Source: Rhabdothermincola salaria
GTDB taxonomy: Bacteria > Actinomycetota > Acidimicrobiia > Acidimicrobiales > Acidimicrobilacustridaceae
DNA length: 64,000 nt
Direction of reading: 5' to 3'
Assembly: GCF_021246445.1 (NCBI RefSeq)
Contig: NZ_JAJQXW010000001.1
Span: forward strand, 558,001-622,000
Within the stretch, counting starts at the first letter, position 1; the number at the start of each line of letters is the position of its first letter. This document shows, one piece after another, positions 19,877 to 28,768 of this stretch. The notes below the pieces were generated by a model. It did no database searches, was not told where the DNA came from, and was given only the letters and a program-made list of their open reading frames with translations. A program made the translations under genes and the position numbers.

Positions 19877-20662
19877 ATGAACCAGCTGCCCCTCGACCCC
19901 AATCGGCTTCTGCCTATCGCTGGCGAGCACCGTGCAGCGTTTGCGGAGGCCGACCCCTTTCCGCACGTGATCATCGACGGTCTGTTCGACCCCAATGTGC
20001 TCAACGGGGTCGTCGCTGAGTACCCGTCGACCGACGGCCCCGTCGACTAGCAGCGATTCGATCAGGACACCTCCGTTAAGTTGGCGCTGAGCCATGATTG
20101 GCAGATGGGTCCGACCACCCGGCAGTTCCTCAACCAGCTCAACTGCTCGGCGTTCATGCAGTTCCTCGAACGGCTCACAGGCATCGGGGGCTTGATACCA
20201 GACCCTCACTATGCGGGCGGTGGATTACATCAGATCGAACGTGGCGGCTACCTCAAGGTCCACGCCGACTTCAATGTTCACGAGGAACTCAAGCTCGATC
20301 GGAGGCTCAACGCCCTCGTCTACCTGAATCGTGACTGGGAAGAGGACTGGGGTGGGCATCTCGAACTGTGGGACCGATCGATGGAGCAGGCCATTCATCG
20401 CATCGCTCCGGTCTTCAATAGGACGGTGGTGTTCGCCACGACCGACTGGTCCTATCACGGCCATCCGGACCCGTTGGCTTGCCCTCCGGGGGTGACCCGC
20501 AAGTCGGTCGCGACCTATTACTACACCTCGGGTCGGCCCGCCGAGGAGGCTTCGATCGCCCACAACACGCTGTATCAACGGCGACCGGGCGAACGACTCA
20601 TGCGGGACTGGGTGCCGCCGGTAGCAATTGATGCCGTCAAGCGTTTGCGTCGCCGACACTGA
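19877..20662 (+). pseudogene. 2OG-Fe(II) oxygenase-family gene with in-frame TAG at 20048-20050
   Basis: FAEADPFPHVIIDGLF...VD*QRFD continues in frame to GGGLHQI, HADFN, RRLN, GGHLELW, FNR and HGH motifs. Confidence 0.8.
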
Positions 20663-20671
20663 GGGGTGTTC

Positions 20672-21150
20672 CGGTCCTGCACGACGAACCATGGTTGGCG
20701 TCCTCCGTTCGAGCGACTGTGGAGAATGCCATTCGACGCCCAGCGCAGCAGTAGCCGGAGGCGATGGTTCTCGAAGTTGTGGGAGCCGTGTCCGATGCGA
20801 TGGACCGTCTCGGGGAGCAGGTTGACCGCTTCGGTGGGGCCGTTCGAGAGGCCGGTGGTGTGGAACGCCAGGATTCGGTCGGCCCACCGGTCGACGGTGC
20901 GTGCCAGACTGCGGATCTCGGGCACGTCGCAGTCGGCGCAGTGGGTGAGGAACCAACCGCCCGAGGCGTCGGCGGGCGTGGCCCGGGTCGACGGCGGAGC
21001 ACACCTCCCTCACGAGCTCCTTGACCTCGTGCCCGCCGGGCAGTCGCGATCCGGGCAGCGCCAGATGCGCATGGCCTCACACCACGCCATCGGCCGACCC
21101 GCGATGTGCAGATCGCGGACCTTCACCTGGCGACGCCCGTGCCCCGCCGC
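20672..21150 (-). mobile_element. ISL3-family transposase remnant, internally deleted
   Basis: C-terminal LSNGPTEAVN...GHG...NFENHRLRLLL plus an N-terminal zinc-finger-like piece VRDLHIAGRP...WRCPDRDCP. Confidence 0.7.
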
Positions 21151-21575
21151 TCGACGAGATCACCCCCATGCTTACCACCCAGTTCCCCGATGTCGCCGCC
21201 ATGCTCGGCGACCCCGCCGAGGACCTCCTGGCGTCAGGCACTTCCCGCAGGCTCACTGGAAGAAGATCCGGTCCACGAACCCCCTCAAGCGGCTCAACGG
21301 AGAGATCAAACGCGGCACGAACGTCGTTCTCGTGTCTCCCAACGACGCCACGCTCGCCCGCCTGGTCCCCGCCGTCGTCGTCGAGAACCACGACGGATGG
21401 GCCGTCGCCGAACGTCGCTACCTCTCCGAAGAATCCATGGCCAAGATCCACGACGACCCGAGATCGATCCGTCCGACGAAGAGGAACCGCCCCTGGGCCA
21501 TCACCGCCTGAGCGACAGAGTTTCCAGTCAGGCCTTACGCCGACGCCGATCTACACCACCAAGTGGGACGTTCTC
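21150..21575 (+). mobile_element. IS256-family transposase 3' remnant with right end
   Basis: FPQAHWKKIRSTNPLKRLNGEIKR...PND...RRYLS; terminal tacaccaccaagtgggac resembles IS256-family ends. Confidence 0.75.
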
Positions 21576-21592
21576 GTGGCGGGAATGGCCGC

Positions 21593-22513
21593 TCATGACA
21601 CGGTCGGTCTCTTTCGTAGCGTGACTTTCAGCGTGTCACCGAGCCCAGTCGATCGAAGGAGAACGTTTGCGGTTTTGGTGAGCCCGCTGATGAGCGCCCG
21701 TTCGTCTGTGCGAGCTCGCCACTGCTGATCGTGCACTCGACCAGCCGAAGGATCAGGGTCGCGTCCAGTGAGCCTAGCCCTCACGCCACTGACGAGGCTC
21801 CCGATTGCCAGATTCTCAGTGCTGAGGTGTAGCACCTCAAGTCCCGCGCGCTCGCCGGCCAGCCTGATGCTTGGGGCACTGAAGTACTGCAGATGCTGCG
21901 GATCGATGGCGCGCCAGCGGTGCCTCAGTGTTAGTCGGCTGACCGAGCGCCAATTTGGTGTGGTGAGATGAACGATCCCACCTGCTGAGAGTAGGTCTGC
22001 GGTCCGTCCCAAGAATGCCACCGGATCTGAGACATGCTCGACTACCTCGAAGAGTGTGATGAGGTCAAAGGGGCCCCTCGCATCCAACCTGGTGTCGTTC
22101 AAGTCCAGTCGGAAGCAGGGCAGCGAGTGAGCGGCCGCAATGTCAACTGCAGCTGGGGCGAGATCAATACCCGTGGCGTCCCATCCAAGAGCAAGTGCCA
22201 CACGTACAGAACCTCCTATTCCACAGCCCACATCAAGCATCCGCGGAGGCTCACCTTGTGGAGCCAGGACTTCGAGCAGACCTGTCAGCCGCCGATGGTT
22301 CCGCTCCGGAAACAGTTGATCGGCGGGAAGAAGACGGCGCTGCTCATAATACGAGTAGAGTTCCTCGTGAAAGCCTCCAGGTGACATCCAGTGCCAGACG
22401 TGCCCGCATCGATGACACTTTGCGAGCTCCGGGTGTGCGTAGCCGCTCAGATGGCGATCGCTGAGCGACGAGCAGACGGGACAGCGCTGGGGAAGAAGAG
22501 TGCATTTGTCCAT
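21593..22513 (-). CDS. Class I SAM-dependent methyltransferase with N-terminal CxxC...CxxC
   Basis: CPVC...CHRCG, LDVGCGIG, FEVVEHV and TPN motifs; TACCAT -10-like hexamer just upstream of ATG 22513. Confidence 0.85.
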   Translation of the reverse strand: MDKCTLLPQRCPVCSSLSDRHLSGYAHPELAKCHRCGHVWHWMSPGGFHEELYSYYEQRRLLPADQLFPERNHRRLTGLLEVLAPQGEPPRMLDVGCGIGGSVRVALALGWDATGIDLAPAAVDIAAAHSLPCFRLDLNDTRLDARGPFDLITLFEVVEHVSDPVAFLGRTADLLSAGGIVHLTTPNWRSVSRLTLRHRWRAIDPQHLQYFSAPSIRLAGERAGLEVLHLSTENLAIGSLVSGVRARLTGRDPDPSAGRVHDQQWRARTDERALISGLTKTANVLLRSTGLGDTLKVTLRKRPTVS

Positions 22514-22650
22514 CGGACGCCATGGTAGCCTCGTCACTCGATGGACTAGATGGACAGGCTACTGTTGCGCGACAGGCCCTTGTTAGCGGTGCCTGCGGTC
22601 TAGCCTGGGGCCACTGACTGGAGTCGTCACGACTGAGGGAGACTGAAGCG

Positions 22651-23808
22651 GTGGCGGATGTCAGCTACATCACCCGGAATTCGGTGGTTTCGGGTGTGGG
22701 CAGATCACAGGTGTGGGAGTACGTCTCCGGTCTGGCCTCCGTTGGGCACCACATGTATCTGCATTCGTTTGAGCGTGACGCAGCCGCGGTGATCCCCCCG
22801 AGTCCCGCGCGCGTCAGGTGGTTTCCACATTCGGAAGGCGCACGCTATTTGGGGCGGCCACCGGTCCGCCTTTTGCGCGAAACCGCAGCTTCGCAAGAGC
22901 ACCTCCTCCATGCGCGTGGCATGTTGCCGGCGGCGGCAGCAGTGGTCGTACGCCACCCGAACTGGATTTGGGACATGCGTGCGTTCTGGCGTGAGCAGCG
23001 GATCGCACTCGGTGCGCTCCAGCCCGGCTCGGCGACGGAGCGTGTTCTGCGCTGGGCCGAGGATCAGGCAGTGAAGCGGTCCTCTGGGATCATCTCCCTG
23101 ACTGAGGCTGCTGTAGATGAGCTTGTGGGGCGCTATGGGCCATCAGTAAGGGATAAGACCGTCGTTGTTCCTACAGCGGTTGATACCGAACTATTCCGGC
23201 CGCGAGTGGGCTTGCGGAAGGGAGTGGTTCGGAGGATCATCCTCAACGGGTCGTTCAACGCCTTCTACGATGGGCCGGCTCTCGGGAAGATCATTGATGA
23301 GATGCGGAGGCGCTCGTCATGGGAAGTATTGTGGGTCGGCGCCGACCCGATGTCTCCCTGGTTTGACGAACTATCGCGTAGGTCGGATCACCTCATCTAC
23401 AGTGCAGTTCCCAGTCAGGTAGCGACGCTATCGGCGGAAGCGGATGTTGGACTGGCCGTCTGCAGGAGGGACGCCGGTCCAGCGCTGCTCGCGGCGATGC
23501 CGACCAAGATCGGAGAGCTTCTTGCTAGCGGTAGCCCAGTGCTGGTGAACCGAGGCCTTGGGGATATGGACGCCTTGATTGAGAAGTATCAATGCGGGGT
23601 CGCGCTCGAGGATTCTTCGGATGCGGCCGTCGCAAAGGCATGTGATTCCATTCTTGAGCTTCTTTCGGACCCAGGCACGAGCGAGCGGTGTCGGTCGTGT
23701 GCGGTGTCACACTTTTCACTCGGCAGCGGGGTTGATGCGATCTCGGCGCTCTACGAGCGCCTCGCTGCAGCGGACGGACGATCAGCCCTTGCGGGCTCAG
23801 GTAGGTGA
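22651..23808 (+). CDS. Glycosyltransferase family 4
   Basis: GVGRSQV, IWDMR, VPTAVD and PTKIGELLASGSPV...GD motifs. Confidence 0.8.
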   Translation: MADVSYITRNSVVSGVGRSQVWEYVSGLASVGHHMYLHSFERDAAAVIPPSPARVRWFPHSEGARYLGRPPVRLLRETAASQEHLLHARGMLPAAAAVVVRHPNWIWDMRAFWREQRIALGALQPGSATERVLRWAEDQAVKRSSGIISLTEAAVDELVGRYGPSVRDKTVVVPTAVDTELFRPRVGLRKGVVRRIILNGSFNAFYDGPALGKIIDEMRRRSSWEVLWVGADPMSPWFDELSRRSDHLIYSAVPSQVATLSAEADVGLAVCRRDAGPALLAAMPTKIGELLASGSPVLVNRGLGDMDALIEKYQCGVALEDSSDAAVAKACDSILELLSDPGTSERCRSCAVSHFSLGSGVDAISALYERLAAADGRSALAGSGR

Positions 23809-23812
23809 TGGC

Positions 23813-24976
23813 GTGGCACGTCGAACCGTCGAGAGTCCTAAGAGGCGCCGGGTGGCATTCCCCTTCGAGGGATACCGGGTAGGTGGTAGCCACATATCCG
23901 GGTTGGTCTTGGCTGCCAGTCTTACCGACCACTCGAGGTTCGAGCCTGTAGTGGTTCTGCATCAGGTCGGACCGGTGGCAGAGTGGGCGGAAGCGCGGGG
24001 GATCGAGTATGAGATCCTGCCTACTCGGCACACGGGCAAATCAATGACGTGGTCTCGGTACGCGAAGTGCCTAGCTGCTGACGTCCCGAAATTGGTCCGC
24101 TGGATGAGGAAGGCCGAGATTGACATCGTCCATACTAACGACACGGCTCTTCACGTAGTCTGGGCAGCTGCGGTCCGGATGGATCGGTCTCGCCACGTCT
24201 GGCACCAACGTGGCGACAAGTGGCCAAGGTCCCCGCTTAGCGCCTGGAACAGAACTCAGATTGTGGAGATATCGCGCTACGTCCGGGCGTCACGGCCAGC
24301 CTACATTCGGGGTCCCGCAACGATCGTCTACAATCCCGTAGGCGCTCCCGGGCCGGGCACCGCCTGGAAGGGGCGAGAGCGTAAACGCTTGTTGTCGATG
24401 TGTGCCCTGCCGGATGGTGTTGTGTTGATCGGGTTTGTGAGCAACTTCCGCGACTACAAGCGACCGCTGGAGTTCGTCCGAATTGCCCAGAGAATCGTGC
24501 GCGAGTGGCGTGGAAGCAAGGTGCCCCATTTCGTGATGATGGGCCGCGAACACGACATTACGGAGCGACAAATCCTCGCAGAGGCACGACACCTCGGCAT
24601 TGGCGATAGGTTTCACCTCCTGGGGTTCGTCCTCGACGCAGAGCGATTGATGGCTGGGCTTGACGCTTTGGTGATACCTGCGGTCGGCGAACCTTTTGGG
24701 CGCACGCCAGTCGAGGCCTCGCTGGTTGAGGTTCCATTCGTTGCATCGGATTCGGGAGGTCATAAGGAATCTACGCCCGAAGGATTGTCCGGGCGGCTGG
24801 TCCGATCAGATGCTGTGGATGCTTTTGCTCTCGCGATTATTCAGCTGCTCTCGGATCGGGAAACGCCTCGAAAGGCGCGGGAGTTGCGAGCAATCAATGA
24901 GAAACGGTTCTCGACCGATCAGCATGTCAGTTCCATTGTGCGTCTTTATGATGAACTCTTGCGCGAGCCGGTTTGA
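23813..24976 (+). CDS. Glycosyltransferase family 4
   Basis: GGSHIS, HTND, VYNPV, KRP and EPFGRTPVEA motifs. Confidence 0.8.
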   Translation: MARRTVESPKRRRVAFPFEGYRVGGSHISGLVLAASLTDHSRFEPVVVLHQVGPVAEWAEARGIEYEILPTRHTGKSMTWSRYAKCLAADVPKLVRWMRKAEIDIVHTNDTALHVVWAAAVRMDRSRHVWHQRGDKWPRSPLSAWNRTQIVEISRYVRASRPAYIRGPATIVYNPVGAPGPGTAWKGRERKRLLSMCALPDGVVLIGFVSNFRDYKRPLEFVRIAQRIVREWRGSKVPHFVMMGREHDITERQILAEARHLGIGDRFHLLGFVLDAERLMAGLDALVIPAVGEPFGRTPVEASLVEVPFVASDSGGHKESTPEGLSGRLVRSDAVDAFALAIIQLLSDRETPRKARELRAINEKRFSTDQHVSSIVRLYDELLREPV

Positions 24977-25019
24977 GTGCTCGACGCGACCAAGCGTCGT
25001 AGCCGGTCTCTCATGCCCC

Positions 25020-25203
25020 TGAGACAAGTCCCTCGTAGTGGTCCAGGTCGTCGTCTCGGACTTGCGCGTCGACTACAAAATCAACCGGGCCCATACCGCG
25101 CACGGCGTGCTCACCCCCCACCGAGCTCGCCGTGGGCGGCATGGGTCACCCGATGCCAACCAGCACTCGCACGGCCCCTGGACCGCTCATCGGGGACTCC
25201 TCA
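25020..25203 (+). mobile_element. 184-bp miniature (internally deleted) IS407-group element
   Basis: TG...CA ends with imperfect IRs (tgagacaagtccctcgtagtggtccagg / cctggaccgctcatcggggactcctca); the interior matches the orfB 3' end of the 27292-28530 IS. Confidence 0.7.
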
Positions 25204-25262
25204 TGAGCCGGACTCCCGAAGCGGGACAGAAGTGCACCGTCTATTCAGCATAGGAGTGTAGA

Positions 25263-26039
25263 GTGAATAGGATAGCTTCAAGAGCGCAAGCAATATTGAG
25301 GAAGTCGGGGTTCGAGGTTAGGCGCATCCGTCAAGGAGCGGCTGGTTCAGCTCTATTGGAGACTGCGCTGACGGTGCTATTGGGTCAGAAGTCTGTTCTT
25401 CGAATCGTGCAAGTGGGGGCGAATGATGGGCGGATAGCTGACCCGATTCATGGGTTTGCAGCTGCGCACCAGGATCGGGTTGATCTTCTCCTAATCGAGC
25501 CTCAGGAGAGCCTTCATTCTATGCTTGAAGAGTCCTATGGTGGTCATCCAAGTAAGACCATTGTGGGGCGGGCTGTAGGTCCGGCGGGCGAGTTGAAGCT
25601 CTTCGCTGTAAATCCGGAGTGCTGGAGTGACTGCAGCGTTCCATATGCCGACGGCTGGCCTAGCTACCGAGCACCAACTGGTATCACCTCCGCAGACTAC
25701 GGTCACGTTGAAGCTTGGGTGCAGAAGTACTATGTCGGTTCCTTGCCGCTATCGGAAGTGGTCGTTGAGCTAACCGTACCTAGCACGCCGCTTCTACCTC
25801 TTCTTGTAGATACCGGATTCGGAGACTCCGTCGATCTGTTGCAGATTGACACCGAGGGATTTGACGACACAGTGATATATGAGTCGAGTATCGAAAGGCT
25901 GCTCCCATCTGTGATCAACTTCGAGAGTCGACATCTCAGTGGGCTAAGAGCAAAGGAGCTCACCTCCTATCTCCAAGAGTTTGGGTTCAGTATCATCGCC
26001 AATGGCGGCGATACGCTGGCGATCCGTTCTAGGCCATGA
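25263..26039 (+). CDS. FkbM-family methyltransferase
   Basis: VQVGANDG, IEP and LQIDTEGFD...FE motifs; visibly AT-richer than the flanks. Confidence 0.85.
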   Translation: MNRIASRAQAILRKSGFEVRRIRQGAAGSALLETALTVLLGQKSVLRIVQVGANDGRIADPIHGFAAAHQDRVDLLLIEPQESLHSMLEESYGGHPSKTIVGRAVGPAGELKLFAVNPECWSDCSVPYADGWPSYRAPTGITSADYGHVEAWVQKYYVGSLPLSEVVVELTVPSTPLLPLLVDTGFGDSVDLLQIDTEGFDDTVIYESSIERLLPSVINFESRHLSGLRAKELTSYLQEFGFSIIANGGDTLAIRSRP

Positions 26040-26081
26040 TTGAAGTTGGATTGGACGCGAGCGTCGGTTGTCTGGTTCCGC

Positions 26082-26381
26082 TGAGGCGGCCCCCTCGTAG
26101 TGGTCTAGGTGTTGTGCGAGTCCGTTACCCCAGACTGGCGTGATGAGGAGGACAGCAGTCGTGGCCCGACGTCGGCAGGCGCCCGACTGGATCATCCGCA
26201 AGCTCGCCGAGGGCAACAGGTGAACGGCGCGCTTCGTTGGAGGCCCAGCATGCGCCGGCGCCTTCAGGGATCAGGGGCGCGTTCGGGTGCTCGGTTCTAC
26301 CATGGGCGGGCCCTTGCGGGATTTGCGTTGTGGAAGACACACAGCCTCGCTCCGAGGGCTCATCTCATCGGGGACCACCCA
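26082..26381 (+). mobile_element. About 300-bp degenerate IS407-group scar
   Basis: Left end and orfA start (gttgtgcgagtccgtt...atcatccgcaagctcgccgagggcaaca) match the intact IS; ctcatcggggaccaccca resembles its right IR. Confidence 0.65.
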
Positions 26382-26412
26382 CCCCATCCCGCCAGGGAGG
26401 AGACCCAGTTCC

Positions 26413-27123
26413 ATGAGGTTGGTACGGAAGATCAACCATCGGCTGTTTCACAAGGTCTTGCGGCCACTCGCCCCGAACTCGGGGGTGACGAGACTCGTTG
26501 GTTCTCGACTGATCGATGATCGCGAGACCGTGTACGAATTCTGGCGGCAACCTTCACCAGCCAAGAACGACCCTGACGAGTACGTCAAGGCGACCACACG
26601 CAGCGCCGCCCTCACGCAACTCCTTGAGAACCACAATCTCGCTGCAGACAAGGAGATTCTCGAAGTCGGCTGCAACGTGGGGCGGAACCTCGCCTACTTG
26701 CATGACCATGGCTACCAAAACGTAACCGGAGTCGAGATCAACCCGCATGCCGTTGAGCGACTGCGAGAGGTTTACCCGCAGCTTGAGGCTCGGCCAGTCC
26801 ATGTCGGCGCCGCCGAGGGTGTGCTGCCCAGCTTCGAGGACTGGCAGTTCGGGCTCACGTTCACCATGGCGGTGCTGCAACACATCCATCCCGACAGCCG
26901 ATCCGTGTTCGAGCACATCGGGCGCGTGTCCGAGCAGATCCTGGCCATCGAGCCGACGGTGGCCGGCGCCACCCACCGGGAGTACCCCCACGACGTGCCG
27001 GGTACCTTCCGGCGGCTCGGTTGGGTCGTGGCCGACGAGACGCCGATGAAGACGCTGGTCGACGAGTCCAGTGACTCGGGTGGGCTGGTCAACTACACCG
27101 CATGGTGGTTTCAACGGGCCTGA
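26413..27123 (+). CDS. Class I SAM-dependent methyltransferase
   Basis: LEVGCNVGRNL, GVEIN and FTMAVLQHIHP motifs; ggagg RBS upstream. Confidence 0.85.
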   Translation: MRLVRKINHRLFHKVLRPLAPNSGVTRLVGSRLIDDRETVYEFWRQPSPAKNDPDEYVKATTRSAALTQLLENHNLAADKEILEVGCNVGRNLAYLHDHGYQNVTGVEINPHAVERLREVYPQLEARPVHVGAAEGVLPSFEDWQFGLTFTMAVLQHIHPDSRSVFEHIGRVSEQILAIEPTVAGATHREYPHDVPGTFRRLGWVVADETPMKTLVDESSDSGGLVNYTAWWFQRA

Positions 27124-27163
27124 CCAGACGAGCCCGTCGGTCACGACTATCTGAGCCACCCCG

Positions 27164-27260
27164 GGACGTTCCCATAGAGCGTCGAGGTGTGTTTCGAGGG
27201 TGGCGAGCTCGGCTCGTAGGGTGCGGTAGACGTCTCGAATGATGGATCTACGCGATGAAG
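27164..27260 (-). mobile_element. Possible IS110-family 3' remnant
   Basis: Minus strand reads IIRDVYRTLRAEL followed by ctcgacgctctatgggaacgtc, resembling actinobacterial IS110 C-termini and right ends as recalled. Confidence 0.35.
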
Positions 27261-27320
27261 CGTGGGGGCCGGTGAGGAGCTGCTGAGCGGGTGAGCGGGC
27301 CCCGATGAGTGGTCCAGCTG

Positions 27321-28148
27321 CTATGCGAGTGCTGGTTGGTGTCGGGTGATCCAAGCCTGAGCGAACTCGGCGGGTGTGAGCTCGCCGTGGGCGCTGTGGG
27401 GCCGGTTGATGTTGTAGTCGACGCGCCAGTCCTCGATGATCACCTGGGCCTCGAGGAGGCTGTCGAAGATCCACCCGTTGAGGAACTCGTCGCGTAGCCG
27501 GCTGTTGAACGACTCGATCCAGGCGTTCCGCCATGGCGAGCCGGGGTCGATGAAGATGCTGTCGACGCCGTTGAAGCGGCACCAGTCCGCGACGGCGTGG
27601 GCAACGAACTCGGGGCCGTTGTCGAATCGGACGAAGGCGGGGAAGCCGCGCACGACGGCGAGCCGGTCGAGGGTGGCGACGACCTGGTCGGCGTCGATCG
27701 AGCGGTCAACGACGATGGCGGGGCATTCGCGGGTGTACTCGTCGACCACGTTCAACAGGTTCAACGTGTGGCCGTCGACGGCGACGTCGAACTGGAAGTC
27801 CATCGCCCACAGGGTGTTCGGGGCGATCGGGCACAACGCCCCGACCGCCGAGCCGATCCCGACCATGCGCTTCTTGCGCCTCTTGTACGGCACGCGCAGC
27901 CCTTCCTCGCGCCACAAGCGCTGAACCCTCTTGTTGTTGATCTTCCGGCCGTCTCGGCGCAGCTGCTTCGCAGCGCGACGCCACCCCCACCGGGGCCGCT
28001 GCTTCGAAAACGCTCGCAGCCACCCGCGCAGCTCGGCGTCGTCATCAGCTGGTGGCGGGGCCTCGAGTCGTTGGGTCGAGCGGTGCTGACCGACCACCTT
28101 GCAGGCCCGGCGTTCGGAGACCCCGAACCGGTCACGCAGCATGCTCAC
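27321..28148 (-). CDS. IS3-family transposase OrfB (DDE integrase core)
   Basis: WAMDF, VDEYTRE, DNGPEF, PGSPWRNAWIESFNSRLRDE and YNINRPHS motifs. Confidence 0.9.
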   Translation of the reverse strand: MSMLRDRFGVSERRACKVVGQHRSTQRLEAPPPADDDAELRGWLRAFSKQRPRWGWRRAAKQLRRDGRKINNKRVQRLWREEGLRVPYKRRKKRMVGIGSAVGALCPIAPNTLWAMDFQFDVAVDGHTLNLLNVVDEYTRECPAIVVDRSIDADQVVATLDRLAVVRGFPAFVRFDNGPEFVAHAVADWCRFNGVDSIFIDPGSPWRNAWIESFNSRLRDEFLNGWIFDSLLEAQVIIEDWRVDYNINRPHSAHGELTPAEFAQAWITRHQPALA

Positions 28149-28171
28149 GGCGCTGCGACGACGGTTCGGGG

Positions 28172-28453
28172 TCAGAAGTTTCCCTCCGCGATCTCCTTGA
28201 GCACAGACTTGTCCAACTCGGCCTCGGCGAGGAGCTTCTTCAGTCGGGTGTTCTCACCCTCGAGCTCCTTGAGCCGCTTCGCATCGCTGGCATTCATGCC
28301 GCCGTACTGCGCGACCCAACGATGCCAGGCCGACTCCGCGATCTGAAGATGCCGGCAGACCTCGTCGAGCTCGGTCCCGCCGGCGAGGAGCTTGTTGCCC
28401 TCGGCGAGCTTGCGGATGATCTGATCCGGCGTGTGCCGCCGTCGCTTGGCCAT
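28172..28453 (-). CDS. IS3-family transposase OrfA (HTH)
   Basis: MAKRRRHTPDQIIRKL...YGGM...RLKELEGENTRLKKLLAE; ends at a GGGAAAC slippery site. Confidence 0.9.
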   Translation of the reverse strand: MAKRRRHTPDQIIRKLAEGNKLLAGGTELDEVCRHLQIAESAWHRWVAQYGGMNASDAKRLKELEGENTRLKKLLAEAELDKSVLKEIAEGNF

Positions 28454-28530
28454 CGTCGTGGTCCTCCTTCGCCCCATCCTGGGGCAACGGACTCGCACAA
28501 CAGGTGGACCACTTCAGGGGGCTCAGCGCA

Positions 28531-28768
28531 GTCGGACCCTGGCGTTGGCCGCCATCGATCTCTTGGATCACCCAGCGGCGCACCGCCTCCTTCCCGACGC
28601 CCTCACGGCGAGCCACCGCCTCGGCCGCCGCGGTCAGCGACGGGTACTCCTGCAAGTGGTCGAGGACCTGGCGCACGCAGCGCTCCTTGACCCTCGGATC
28701 GATCTTCTTGGGCATGGTTCGCATCCTTCCAACTCAGAAAGATGCGGCATCAAACCTGGGGCGCTTCA
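28531..28768 (-). mobile_element. Truncated second IS3-family element (left end plus orfA start)
   Basis: TGAAGCGCCCCAGGTTTG left IR, then MPKKIDPRVKERCVRQV...GVGKEAVRRWV, cut by the IS407-group element. Confidence 0.75.

Larger units (their letters stand above)
27292..28530 (-). mobile_element. IS3-family (IS407 group) insertion sequence, apparently intact, 1239 bp
   Basis: IRs TGCGCTGAGCCCCCTGAAGTGGTCC / TGAGCGGGCCCCGATGAGTGGTCC enclose orfA and orfB. Confidence 0.9.

Noticed and set aside
20048..20050. Pyrrolysine or recoded TAG
   Set aside because: No pyl genes are present, other genes here end in TAG, and a TGG-to-TAG change explains it simply.
19732..28768. Integron cassette array
   Set aside because: No integron integrase or attC-like sites were seen; the spacers are explained by IS ends.
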